A DNA stretch of 64,000 bases, taken from NCBI GenBank assembly GCA_030704615.1, contig CM060731.1, forward strand, positions 68,572,001 to 68,636,000, given 5' to 3'. Positions 22,916 through 34,721 of this stretch are shown one piece after another. Source of the DNA: Takakia lepidozioides (lineage: Eukaryota; Plantae; Bryophyta). The notes beneath the pieces were generated by a model. That model did not search any database, had not been told where the DNA came from, and was given only the letters and a program-made list of their open reading frames with translations. Both the position numbers and the translations under genes were made by a program. The stretch's first letter is position 1. The number at the start of each line of letters is the position of its first letter.

Positions 22916-24956
22916 TGTTCCATCTCTTCAGCTCAGCATGCGTATCCTGGATTAGTGGATTCAATATGTCATCTACAATGAATGTATGCCCCTGGTTGTC
23001 TGGCTCCATGAAGGTGTCCCATGTCTCCTGTCTGATCCCTCTGTCTTGCATCATCTTCCTCACCTTTGCTAAATCATCCCACCTGCCCGCAGCAGCATAG
23101 ATGTTCGATAGCAGCACATAAGTTGCAGTGTGCTGTGGATCCCACTTCAGAAGGCATTTTGCAGCATGTTCTGCTACCTTCACATTCCCATGGATTCTGC
23201 AGGCACCAAGCAAGGCCCTCCACACCACAGCACCTGGAGTGATTGGCATTTTTTGAATGAAGTTCTCTGCCTCACCCAATCGCCCTGCACGACCAAGAAG
23301 GGCCACAATGCAGCCAAAATGCTCGAGTGTAGGAGTGAGTCCATGATCTTGACTCATCGAATCGAAGTAGTGACAGCCTTCATCCACTAGGCCTGCATGG
23401 CTACATGCAGATAGAACACATATAAAAGTGATGCCATCTGGCTTGACACCTTCCTGTTGCATCTGTGCAAACAGTTTGAGGGCCTCCTTGATACACCCAT
23501 GCTGAGCATATCCTGTGATCATCGCATTCCATGAAACCACATTTTTTTGAGCCATATTATTGAACACTGCACGCGCATCCTTCATGCTCCCGCATTTGGC
23601 ATACATGTCCAGAAGGGTAGTGTCCAGAATGATATCAGGTGGAATTCCAGCTTTGATAATGTGGGCATGGACCTCTTTGCCCTTTTCCAATGCTGCCAAG
23701 CTGGCACACGCCTTCAGAATGCAAATGAATGTGACATTGTTAGGCATCACCCCTTCCCATATCATTTGCTCATAGATCTCAATAGCCTCCATACCAAACC
23801 CATGCTGAGCACATCCTGCAATCATTGCACTCCACGAGACCACATTTCGCTGAGCCATATTGCTGAATACCTGATGTGCATCCTTCATCTTCCCGCATTT
23901 CACATACATGGCAGCAAGGGCAGTCTCCAGAATGATATCTGGTGCAATTCTAGCTTTCACAATGTCAGCATGAACCTGCTTGCCCTTTTCTAGGGCTGCC
24001 AGGCTACCACAGGCATTGAGGACACAAATAAATGTGACCTTGTTGGGTGGGACCCCTTTCCGTATCATTTGCTCATACATTTCGATAGCCTCCATACCAG
24101 ACCCATGCTCAGCATAACCTGCAATCATCGCACTCCATGAGACCACGTCTCGCTTACTCATATTGTCAAACACTTGAGCTGCATTTTTCATGTTCCCGCA
24201 CTTGGCATACATATCAACAAGGGTATTTTCCAGAATGATGTCTGGTGTAATTCCAGCTTTGATGATGTGGGCGTGGACTTCTGTGCCCTTCTCAAGGGCA
24301 GCCAGGTTCGCACATGCATTGAGAACACAAATGAATGTGACCTTGTCAGGCGTCACTCCTTCCTGTACCATTTGCTCATAGATCTCGATAGCTTCCATAC
24401 CACCCCCATGCTTTGCATATCCTGCCATCATTATAGTCCACGTAAACACATTACGGTCAGGCATTTTGTCAAACACAAGGCGTGCATCCACCACGCTTCC
24501 ACACTTGGCATACATGTTGACAAGGGTGTTGAGTAGAAAAATGTTTGGCTTGAATCCACTGTGGATAATGTGAGAATGCACCTGCTTTCCCATTTCAAGA
24601 TTGTCAGTTTTGGTGCACTCTCGCAACAGAAGTGCATAGATACTGGAGTCTGCAGGATTGTCTTGTTGCTTCAAAATGTACAAAGCCGCTTTCAGTTGTC
24701 CTGCAATGCATAATTTCCTCATATCCCCACAAGAACCAGAAGAGCTTCTTTCTCTTCTATCAGCAGATCCTGCACAACCTTGTATCATGGCAACTACCAT
24801 TCCTTTCACCACAGGAGGGGTCGACCAACCCTTAGTCGAAAGGGCATCATTCTTTTGCTTCTGTAAGAAGGATGATGACCTTGGACTTTTCTGTGGAAAC
24901 CACCAATGGACACGTGTGCAGCCATGAGCATCAACCATAGCCTTGCATAAACCAGG
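22902..24956 (-). CDS. PLS-class pentatricopeptide repeat protein, E+ subtype (organellar RNA-editing specificity factor)
   Basis: Uninterrupted ORF with L-S-P triplets (MYAKCG...WSAMIAGY...TFICVLNAC), P2-L2-S2, E1/E2 (WRALLGACRIHG, YVLLSNIYAAAGRW), E+; splice acceptor TTGCAG at 24957. Confidence 0.93.
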   Translation of the reverse strand, partial: PGLCKAMVDAHGCTRVHWWFPQKSPRSSSFLQKQKNDALSTKGWSTPPVVKGMVVAMIQGCAGSADRRERSSSGSCGDMRKLCIAGQLKAALYILKQQDNPADSSIYALLLRECTKTDNLEMGKQVHSHIIHSGFKPNIFLLNTLVNMYAKCGSVVDARLVFDKMPDRNVFTWTIMMAGYAKHGGGMEAIEIYEQMVQEGVTPDKVTFICVLNACANLAALEKGTEVHAHIIKAGITPDIILENTLVDMYAKCGNMKNAAQVFDNMSKRDVVSWSAMIAGYAEHGSGMEAIEMYEQMIRKGVPPNKVTFICVLNACGSLAALEKGKQVHADIVKARIAPDIILETALAAMYVKCGKMKDAHQVFSNMAQRNVVSWSAMIAGCAQHGFGMEAIEIYEQMIWEGVMPNNVTFICILKACASLAALEKGKEVHAHIIKAGIPPDIILDTTLLDMYAKCGSMKDARAVFNNMAQKNVVSWNAMITGYAQHGCIKEALKLFAQMQQEGVKPDGITFICVLSACSHAGLVDEGCHYFDSMSQDHGLTPTLEHFGCIVALLGRAGRLGEAENFIQKMPITPGAVVWRALLGACRIHGNVKVAEHAAKCLLKWDPQHTATYVLLSNIYAAAGRWDDLAKVRKMMQDRGIRQETWDTFMEPDNQGHTFIVDDILNPLIQDTHAELKRWNTLPA

Positions 24957-25478
24957 CTGCAATATTCAAAGCTCAGAGCATCTTTCAAATAACAGGGAAT
25001 AAACTTGAACAATCTACTTACCATAAGGACCGCTTTTGCTGCATTTTCCGACCTCCCACAATAAAGACTCAAGCTGAAAATGTGACTTGAACACAATCAC
25101 CATGCTATCCCCTCAGAGGTCTCATGACAAATCCACATGCCTGAAAGGGTTCACACTCATTGACTATAGTAGGTACTTATAGTGGATGAGACCCTCTTCG
25201 AAAGCTTGAAAGGAATGTTAATGCACCTCCTTCTGCACAGTTACAGAGCCTTGAAGCTGTGGCCATCCATAGGTGTGACAACCACAACGTTTTGAGTGGC
25301 CCCCATTCTGCCCTCCTGCCGCCACTGTGTCCCTTGCCCCCCCCCCCCCTGTTGATCTAGTTGATCCTTTCTTTCTCTTTCTCTTAAATTCCTTTCTTGG
25401 CAATGGGAAGAAAAGTTCAGGGGTGTCTCTTTGTATAGACAAGATGTTTAAGGAGGTTTACAGCAGAGAAAGACCAAC

Positions 25479-26530
25479 CTGAGCAGGGCTCTTGCCCTTA
25501 AGAAGGTCTTCACGCCGACCCTGTTTGGTCACCCTTTCCCGCATGAATGCTACTTGCTCGTCACCCCACCCAGCCATGGCTGCGACATCTGGATAGCTGG
25601 TACCCAGTGTCCACCAGGGCGACTTCAGAGCAATGCGAGCTGCATCTTTAGACTCCAATTTGCGCCCCATCTGCGGAAATGTCCTTTCATATGAGTACTA
25701 GTTCAGCAACAGATGCAAGTAAATTCTGGGAAAACTCAATGCACATCTCTGTGGCTGGTCATCGCTGACTTTAGCCTGCTAGTTAAAAGCCCCCTGCAAC
25801 TCCATTTTTACACACATCAAACAAATTCCTGAGTTTGTTGATTACTAGAGAAAACATCCAACACATGTATGAAGGTGACTGATCGAACCAGTCCTAACAA
25901 GTAACTCTGCCACAAAGGTGGACTCATTTCAGGTTCAGATCAAATTCAATTTGGTTACTGCGAGCGGTATATTCGTCCTCATCACAGTTGTGGTGAGGTG
26001 CCCCTGCTGTCTCACTTTTTCTCAGAAATTGATTCAATGAGCCTCAAAACTGGAATTAAGAGTAGGCAGGATAGATACCTTCACCATGAGCTCGGCATTG
26101 AATACAAACGGCCGTCCAAAGCCAGGAAAGTGATGTCTACTAGCATAAAATTCTCCAGTAACCAAAGCCGACACTGGATCCCCCTTCTCCAAGTGTCTCA
26201 AAGCGAGCCTCTCGAACACATCTGGAAACATCCCCACTTTTTTCATCAAATACACATCTATGCTGGGCAGCTTTGATGTACCAAAATCGCCTTTCCTGTA
26301 AAGAGAACGTTCAGTAAAGACTGAAGAGACGATGGAGGTTCAACCGCAGCTACCAATGTGGCGTGCTCCGGAGCTGTGGTGGCTATGGAAGCTCTGGCCC
26401 GGACATAGGTAACCCAGTTGAAATTCCTCAGAGAATTTCTTCTACAAACAAAACCCAACTCGGCATTGGGAGCCCTCTGCCTCGGTATTGCGAGCGCTGT
26501 GGAGAACTGCAAGAAGCCGATTGCCTTCAT
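25479..26530 (-). pseudogene. PAB: PROTEIN IN CHLOROPLAST ATPASE BIOGENESIS (PAB)-like remnant; segments 26530-26079 and 25670-25479
   Basis: Transit-peptide-like start, VAAVEPPSSLQSLLNVL, then KGDFGTSKLPSIDVYLMKKVGMFPDVFERLALRHLEKGDPVSALVTGEFY...FPGFGRPFVFNAE and ESKDAARIALKSPWWTLG...EDLLKGKSPAQ; internal deletion with frameshift near 26300; final exon absent. Confidence 0.82.
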
Positions 26531-27937
26531 GGCTGATTGTCTCTCTGCGTTTCTCCCCCTTCTGGAAATCCTGTCCTTTCTAGCCTCTGCTGCTATCTGC
26601 AACGAAGAAGTGGATGAATGTCCATCATATAAAGTGGCAAATGTAGTTTGAAGAGGCTGCCATCTTGCATCACACGAGCAGGAGGCCTTGCATTAGACTG
26701 ACGGGGGATTGTGTGGATCTGGAAGCACATGTGCCTTTGCGATGCCGGCGCGGACAGCATTGCAAGTGGTGGCGATGGCGCCCCATAAGCCTTTCGCGAA
26801 AGCGGAGGAAGGTATAGATATGGTGCTGTTTGCGTAATTGTGGGTCTGTTTCGTTTGTGGGTCGAGGCTTCAAAAGTTATTGACCTATATCAACAGATTT
26901 CCACTCTTCTGGGCAGAAAAGGTTGTGAGACCAGGACCCTAAGAGGAACGCCCGACAGGCACAGCTTTATCAGTTGTTTCTTCAACATATGGGACTTAGG
27001 GGATATTTTGTTTCTTTGCATTCATTGTGTGACACATATTGCTTTGGACTGCAGTGGTGGAGAGCCATGTAATCCAGGGTTAGAGAGAAGAGCAGAAGGT
27101 GCTCTTTTGCTTTTCCTGAGAGCAGGGGTAACAGGGGCATCTTCCCTGGAATAGTAGAATCTTGGAACCATTTCTGGGGTTTGGGCCACCCTCCAGGGTA
27201 CAAGAAACTCATCCCGAACTTATCATAACGCTCGCCCACAGAAATGCCAATGAGGCCACAGGGAATTGAGTGTTTGATGTGCGAGTTGGTGTTAATACCC
27301 CTTCTAGTAACCACAATTGGTTTTATTCTCAAATCTGGCAAAAGATCAGACAATGCCAGTCACACAATCTGTAAGAAAGGCTGAGAGCTCAGCCAAAATA
27401 AATTATGTCTACGGCGAGGACCTGGATAAATTACACAGAAAGGGAAAACCTTTGGAAAGCTGCACCGGTACTACTCTACAATAAGTTCTTAAACATCTTC
27501 AGCTGCTAAAAATCTTTCACTGTATTTGCATGCAGGCCTGACAATGAACACAGAACAGGTTTGCGAGTTCGGATCTGATCCTCCAAGGTGTGGGACAACA
27601 GCTTTGATAAGGTATCTGCACCCAAATCTTTTTCGGTTTCTAAGATTGATCTTTCTTAACTGAAGTGGGCATGGTGTTGTTTTGGTGGACTAACCATGGT
27701 TTCAATTCCTCTGAAGAATAACACTGATGGTTTTTATTTGCCATAACTGCGATTCTTGTTATATCATCAGTAGGCTGTTAATGCACAGAAGCATAGCAGT
27801 TGTTTGTTCCCTGTAGTTTGTGGTGGTTACAGTGGTCTATGTGAGGCTGTGTTAAAGCTCTGTTTCAGCTGCAGACTGATAAGTTTTTCCAGGTTTGTTT
27901 TATTAAGTGTGCAACTAATAGTTTTGACTTCCACAGG

Positions 27938-28427
27938 ATGGCAGGGTTGAATCAGGCACAGTGGTTTGTTGGACATCAGACTGGTTGTAGGGGTTGCACC
28001 TTCACTGTGATCACGTCATTGGCAAGAGGCCAAAGAGAGGGAGGCAACAAGATTTTTTCTGGCTCTGAGGGGGATTTGAGGCTACTGTATAAAAGTGGTT
28101 GAAAGAGGCTCTCTACATATTGAGTCAACCAGGCATTCAGGCAAACTCCAATACTTATATCTGTCTCTTGCAGGCTGCTGCAGGGAAGGCAGGTGCATGC
28201 CCACATTAAGCAAAGTGGATTGAAGCCAGACAGCTTTCTATTCAATGTCACTATCAACATGTATGCTAAATGTGGGAGCATAGAGGATGCACGTCAAGTG
28301 TTCAAGTGTTCGACACATGGTGAAACGAGCATGGAATTCAATGATAGCAGGATATGCCCGGCATGGCCTTGGTGAAGAGGCTTTCAATATCTATGGGCGA
28401 ATGCAAGGGGAAGGGGTGACACCCTAG
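27938..28427 (+). pseudogene. Truncated PLS-PPR pseudogene, divergent from the PAB/PPR unit
   Basis: FSGSEGDLRLLYKSG..KEALYIL resembles the N-terminus of the 22902-24956 PPR; GRQVHAHIKQSGLKPDSFLFNVTINMYAKCGSIEDARQVF, WNSMIAGYARHG; frameshifts and TAG at 28425. Confidence 0.8.
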
Positions 28428-31400
28428 AAATCGTTCTTCCCAGATGGCTTCCATCACTACATAGGTGTATGTTGGATGTCACCCATTATAGCTAACTAAT
28501 GCTTCAATTTCCACTTGCGAGTTATTTCTCTTAGAAGTATCCTTTGTGACGGGTTGTCACATGGCAAGCTGCACATGTTTAAATAATTTGCTTAACCTAT
28601 TTGGCATTCACATTTTGGAGGTATAGTAAGCAGGGGTTAAGAATGATGATTTTTGAATATCGTCATTGTCATCAATTTTTAGGCTGCCCAAAAAAACAAT
28701 AAAAACCCACAAGACAGTTTGTGCCCTAACTGTTCAAGGATTATAGTCTGATTTAGCAATTCTCGTTGTCCAAGCTTGAACAGAAACTCACGCCACACAT
28801 CAATATATCAATATGGAATTAGTTACCAAGTACAACGAGTACGGTTAATGAAGTCTTCATCATATTTGGAGATTCTAAGAGTGTCAAAAACAAGGCACGT
28901 CGAGGATCTCTGTTTGGTTGTTTGATTGCGAGGAGAAGATGGATGGTTGAGAGAGATCTGAGGTCCAGGCTCTGTAGAGGGCCTTCACTAGTGGGTAGAT
29001 CCTGGATGGGGCATCACAAAACATCAGACCATGCTCTATTCATTCCATCCAGTTGTAGCCCAGTGGTGTTGATTTTCTGACAAAAACCTGAGTTTTGAAT
29101 ATCGTCATCGTCGTCATTTTTTAAGCTGCCTGAGAAGGGACTTTCTTTAAGGACTTTCTGTAGGGGAGCTAGCCAACTCGTTTCCAAGGTTACGAGTTAC
29201 GACATTTGAAAGTGTTAATCTTCTAGTAAATGGAATGCAGTAGTTACGGTAGTTACAGTAGTTACGTTTGCTTAGGTGGAAGTCCTTATCTCTACTTCAT
29301 CTTTTAAGCAAACTAGACTAAGGAAACACAAACAGTGAAAAAGAATGATGACTAAAAAAGTCTGCCTAATACGGAGGGGCCTTTTTTTTTCAGTTTTTTG
29401 GCTTTGTTTCTCTCCGATTTCAATAGATGGGCCCCATTTTTTTGATGGTGGGATGCCAGCCACATGGCGCTTAGCATTTCAGCAACTTAATTTTTTTTTT
29501 CCCCCCCTTCTTAACCTTTAACTTCCTACATGGTTCATTTTTTTACACCTAAAAATTACTACCCATGCCCAGTAAAATGAGGCTAACTACCTATCAAAAA
29601 TCATCCAAAAAACTGGACCTTACACGTAGGTGTGCATGCACTCACCAAAAATGAACTTGTTTCACCGTCAAATATGGGAGATTATATGGTTTTAGGGAGG
29701 ATGGATTATTTGTTTCTGTTTTTGAAAACATTGTTTTTTAGCCTTGACCAACTAATTTGAGAGACTTTTAGATTTTGTGGAGTGTTTATTCCACACATTC
29801 CTAATCTGTGGTAGGAATGTCATGTCCATGCAAAAAATGAGGGGTAAAAGTCAGGTTTAGCATGGGGGTGCTTTGTAAGTGTTTCTTTGGGGCGGGGGGT
29901 CCTGTGAACGGTTCAAACAGCCATTACAATGACTTAGAAATTGGGATTTGGCCTCCACAAAGATGCTATGATATTGCTCAAATTCAAAATCCCTATGGTG
30001 AGGGAGTGACTCTCTTCGCACCTACACCTTGGTCCAAATTATGCCCACATCCAATGATAGAAATTGTAAAAATTGAAACCCCCCCACCCCCGGCCCCCAA
30101 AGTGGCTTGAAGTGCTGTCCAATCAGCGTTGGCCAGCAGAAGTCAACTCTACGAGGCCTCCCTCCATGCAAGAGCATGTCTGACCCACTAGGTTTTGGAA
30201 ATTTGTGGATGTGGCAGACTTTCTCCAAATGGCAATTGGAGATGATATGCCATGTTGTCAGGTCATTTATTGCTGAAGAAACGACCTAAAAATATTAAGA
30301 TCTGCAAAAGTTACGTTAATATATCATGTTCTATGAAACCCTAAACGAGTTAAGAAAAAATTAGGGTTTTGAATTTTGGCTGCATACTATAGGGCCGGGC
30401 ATGGGGTTGGTTTGCTGCGCTTTTTGCTTGCTCCCGTGTTTTTCGCGTTTTGGTATAAACCTCAAGGAGGTGCCACTGCAAAAAATGACCCAGCCTTCAC
30501 CAAGTGGCTCTGTTGTTATCCAAATCGATCCGTTTTTGGATTGTTAGATGACTCATCCCATGCAGATTATGTGGGAGCACAGTGCAACGCATTTGGATTT
30601 CAAGAAACCCCGCAGAAATTCATTTTGATTTTCAATGTGCCCAAAAAGGGCTCCACATTCAAAGGTGGCTGCCTTTGGGTGGATCTGCCCTGATTTCTCC
30701 CAAGTAGTGTCAGGGCCTATGGAGCCTGGTAGTTGGGCACATAATGTGCGGGTATTTTTTTTGTAATTTTTTTCACTCGAAATTGCATTGTTTTCTGGTC
30801 ACATGTGTATAGTGTTGTACAGAAAGTCGAACTTGACCATTAGGTGCTTAACGATTAAAGGTTAATCTAACTTAACAAAAATTGCATGTAGACTCAAAGG
30901 TATGTTTGTAATTAATTAATTAATTAATTATTATTTTTCCGGGAAATACCTGTATCTATCCTCATATCCTTTGTGTCATATCCTTTGTGACAGTTACATA
31001 AAATCAGCTGTAACTCATTAGTATTTATTTGGAGAGTGTATATAGCCAAGTTTAGCTAATATTGACATGATAGTTGGGTTAAATGGTCCTTATAGATGCA
31101 CATATACACAACCGTTATCTTATAAGAAACATAAATTTTCATTATATAAACTTAACTTTTTCTTAATAATACTATGTTTAAAGACTATTTTAACGTGAAC
31201 TTTTCACAAGGAACAAAAAAACACATGCATGTGTAATTGATTGATGCATTCAGTTCTTCCACTATATTTTTACTATCTATTTGTGTTTGTGTACGATGTG
31301 AACCAATTAAGATTATAGAACAGATGATTCTTTTTACCATGATGATATTTATTTTTCACAAAATAGGCAATTTAAATATTTTTATCATCAATTATGGATG

Positions 31401-32043
31401 AAAGTGATAAAATTTGACATCACCATGAAACAATATAAGTATCACCCTATTAAGTCATTCACATGGTCAAGATCATCCCACACTTCAATTTGTTTATAAT
31501 GAATAATTGGGTTTGCATACTTTGTTGTCTCATGTGATAAAAGCAATATACGATCTGAAAATCAACGCATGATTTATTAGCATATTCTTACTAAAAAAAA
31601 TTGACGGCAGCTATACATGATAGATGCTATTGGCACTCTGCCAATAGGAGGGAAAAAGAAGTGACATTTTATTGTATATGTGGTTCAAACCTTCAGATCT
31701 AGGTTCGACTAGGGTCGGATATATGTTTGGGCCTAGTTCACCAGCGAACCACACATATATAGTGTAATGTGTGGTTCTATATGTTGCCGAAGTTAGTTTC
31801 AAGCCAAACTCCAACCGAAAAGTGATATAGAAACAAACTATTCACATGTGAGTGTGAGCATACAAGATTAAATATCGGATGCAAGTCAATGCACTACACG
31901 CCACCCAAGTGATTTTGGGCTTGAATTTTGCTACCATGTTGGGTGAATCATTGTCTTTTGTTCTTGGTAATGAGCCTTTGAGCTTCTCCCTTGTGTGAGG
32001 TTAGTTTTTCCTCTCACTAGAATTAAGATGTCTAATTCGTGAG

Positions 32044-32843
32044 GAGGTTGGGTAGCACGTGCGCACGCTCACGCCGTTGTGCGCATGCTCGCGTGAGCAG
32101 AAGAAAAAATGCCCGAACATTCACAAATATTCCCAAAAAGATGTTGTGGCGAAACTGAAATTGGAAATTTGTGGGGACATAAATTTGTGAGCAGACTTGT
32201 GCTCACGTGAACACAAGCCACACGTAGATGGGTTAGTCACCCTATTTCCGTGGGTTAGTCACCTATCACCCTAATTCATTAGGTTTAGGTTACGTTAGGT
32301 TAGGTTAAACCAAACACAATACATTTTGTTTTGCCCACGAAACTATAGGATAATGACCTATGCAATGATACTAGGAAATTTCGCAACGAAATCCACTATT
32401 TCGTTGGAGAAATGCACTATTTTGCTGACGAAATACCCACTATTTCACTGGAGAAACCCACTATTTCTCTGGCGGAACCCATGCTGGCGTAACCCAAAAC
32501 CTTGATTTATTTCGTTAACGAAACCCGTTGTTTGCCTCATTATATTAAATTGTTCAACTATTGTTTGGTATTTGTGTGTTTTGGATGGTGTTGGTTATTG
32601 TGACTTTGTTTTTATCTAACGTGTTATTCTTTTGTAGAATACCAAAGCTGTAGATATATGGAACTTGGAGCTTGTAGATATACATTATGGGTGCTTATTT
32701 CGCATTAGGGTTTTGGGGTTTTATTCAGTTTTGAAAACATATAGCTCCTATGACCGCGGTTTAAAAACATAAAACCCCCATGACCGTGGGTTTGTGCTCA
32801 CGCCATTTGTGCTCACCGGTGTGCTCACATTCTATCAACCCCC
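32044..32843 (-). mobile_element. Non-autonomous Mutator-like element, copy 2
   Basis: Reverse-complement homology to 15550-16420; 9-bp TSD ATTCGTGAG at 32035-32043 and 32844-32852. Confidence 0.9.
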
Positions 32844-32918
32844 ATTCGTGAGCGATCCCTCTAAGGTGCATCATTCGCTTTGTTAATGATAGAATGATAG
32901 AATTAAACAGTAATAATA

Positions 32919-33174
32919 CTGTGTCTAAAAATCTAAAAATATGCTTACATAATATTATTCACTGTCGGTTTTATGCTCACCAAATTTTTGGTACCCTCTC
33001 ACCAACTACCAACACCCCTATTCAAGTAGTGCAACAATTAGCTAGTCTAACTTTTGTGGACTAACTTTTCTTTTCATTTAGGCGGGTTAGTTGATGGGAG
33101 GGTACCAAAAATTTGGTGAGCATAAATCCGATAGTGAATATTATGTTAGCAAACTTTAGGATTTCCAGATATAG
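32919..33174. mobile_element. Foldback MITE with TA flanks (Tc1/mariner-like)
   Basis: ~90-bp inverted arms including TATGCTCACCAAATTTTTGGTACCCTC / GAGGGTACCAAAAATTTGGTGAGCATA; TA on both sides. Confidence 0.8.
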
Positions 33175-33675
33175 TAAATTAATATGCTCACATTAATTTA
33201 TTGGCTGCTCTCTAAGGAGAGACCTCGCATCCATAGTTTTCTCCTGATGTACCAAGTTCCCATTTACCGTAGAGGCCGCTCTATTTTGACGGACCCTGCG
33301 GGAATCATTAAATACATACAGGTCACCATGTTCGACAGGCTTAATGACAATATTAGTTTTTTCATCTAAGCTTCATCCAATTTTTCTGGAATTCGACACT
33401 TTTCATGAAATTTCATTAGTAAGTAGTTAGTAGTTAATAAGTAATTAGTAATAGCATTCACTACTGTAATGTTTTTGCATTCAGTATTTTTTTATTTTTT
33501 TTTCCCAAAGTTCACTTTTAAAATGAAAATTATTCCCCTCTTTCATCTACTCCCATTTAAAACATTCATCATCTCTTAAAATGAATTAATTAAAGTTGGA
33601 ATAGAGCAACCTCTATGGTAATACCTATCTATCAAGATATCATACCTTCCCCAATAAGAAGCCATTTTCAGTATA

Positions 33676-34091
33676 CCGTAGTGGGGTAGCTAGCCAGGCA
33701 GAAATTAATCCAAAGAAAAAGTGATAATCAAAATAAATTATATTTGACAAAAGTGCCTAATTTAAGAAAATTGTCTTCAAAGAGTGCCTAATTTTCAAAA
33801 TTTTCTCTAAAACTGCCTATGGTATAAAAACTTGAATTTAAATTATAAAAATATATATAATAGGAAGAAAAAAAATCTAAAAATGATATTCATTTAAACG
33901 TCATCTATGCACTCAGTTTTTCAATTTTCATCCATGGCAGCGGCTGTATTTTTATATTTTTGAGTTGAAAAAATTACACATCCAAGATGACTAATTTCTT
34001 TAAAAAAAATCTCAAAAAGTGCCTAACTGCCAAATTGCCCCAAAAATAATTATTAGGCAGGCAAGTGCCTTAACCGGCTATCCTACTACGG
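33676..34091. mobile_element. pogo/Tc1-type MITE
   Basis: TA-CCGTAGTGGGGTAGC...GCTATCCTACTACGG-TA; internal AGTGCCTAA repeats. Confidence 0.78.
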
Positions 34092-34404
34092 TACTCTAGA
34101 TTCTCATCTTCCTATTGTTTCCCATTCATTCCTAAATTGGTGAGCGCTATAATTTCATGATATTCGGTTCCTTGCAGATTTATCCCTCCAGCTCTATTAC
34201 ATTCAGTTCCCTTTAGATTTATCCCTTCAGCTCAATTATATTCGCTTTCTTTCAGCTTTATCAGAACGACTTCCCTTATATTTTGTTCCCTTTGGTCCAT
34301 TATATTCAGTTTTATCACATTGAATTCCATTATATTCAGTTCTCTTTAGATTTACCTCCACTTCCATCACATCAATTTATCTTTTTGTTTTTGTTCCTTG
34401 CATT

Positions 34405-34635
34405 TATTTTTTTAATTTATTTTTTTAAAGGAAACCTGGGAGCGACTGCTCACAAATCAGGCCCTTGAGGAGGGGGAAAAATTAACCCCCTTTCAGATAA
34501 GCCATTAGGCACACAGGTGGGAACATCACCACCAGACCAACCGGTCACGAACAATCCACACACCAGGCAGGGCAGCAGGTTTTGAACCCCGAACCACCAA
34601 GTTGACACACTGTGCACTTACCAGCTGATGTGCCT
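34405..34635 (-). mobile_element. tRNA-derived SINE
   Basis: Minus strand shows A-box-like CACATCAGCTGGT, B-box GGTTCAAAACC at tRNA spacing, ~150-nt body and A-rich tail. Confidence 0.65.
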
Positions 34636-34721
34636 TATTATTAGTTTCTGTTGAAATGGAAAAATACAAAATATTTTGATTTTCAATTTTATGATTATTT
34701 TTCAATTGTTATCAACATTAT

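Noticed and set aside
23130-24927. Multiple plus-strand ORFs over the PPR
   Set aside because: Antisense shadows of the repetitive PPR coding strand
29273-30843. Harbinger-like element with TTA target duplication
   Set aside because: Terminal inverted match is too weak to call
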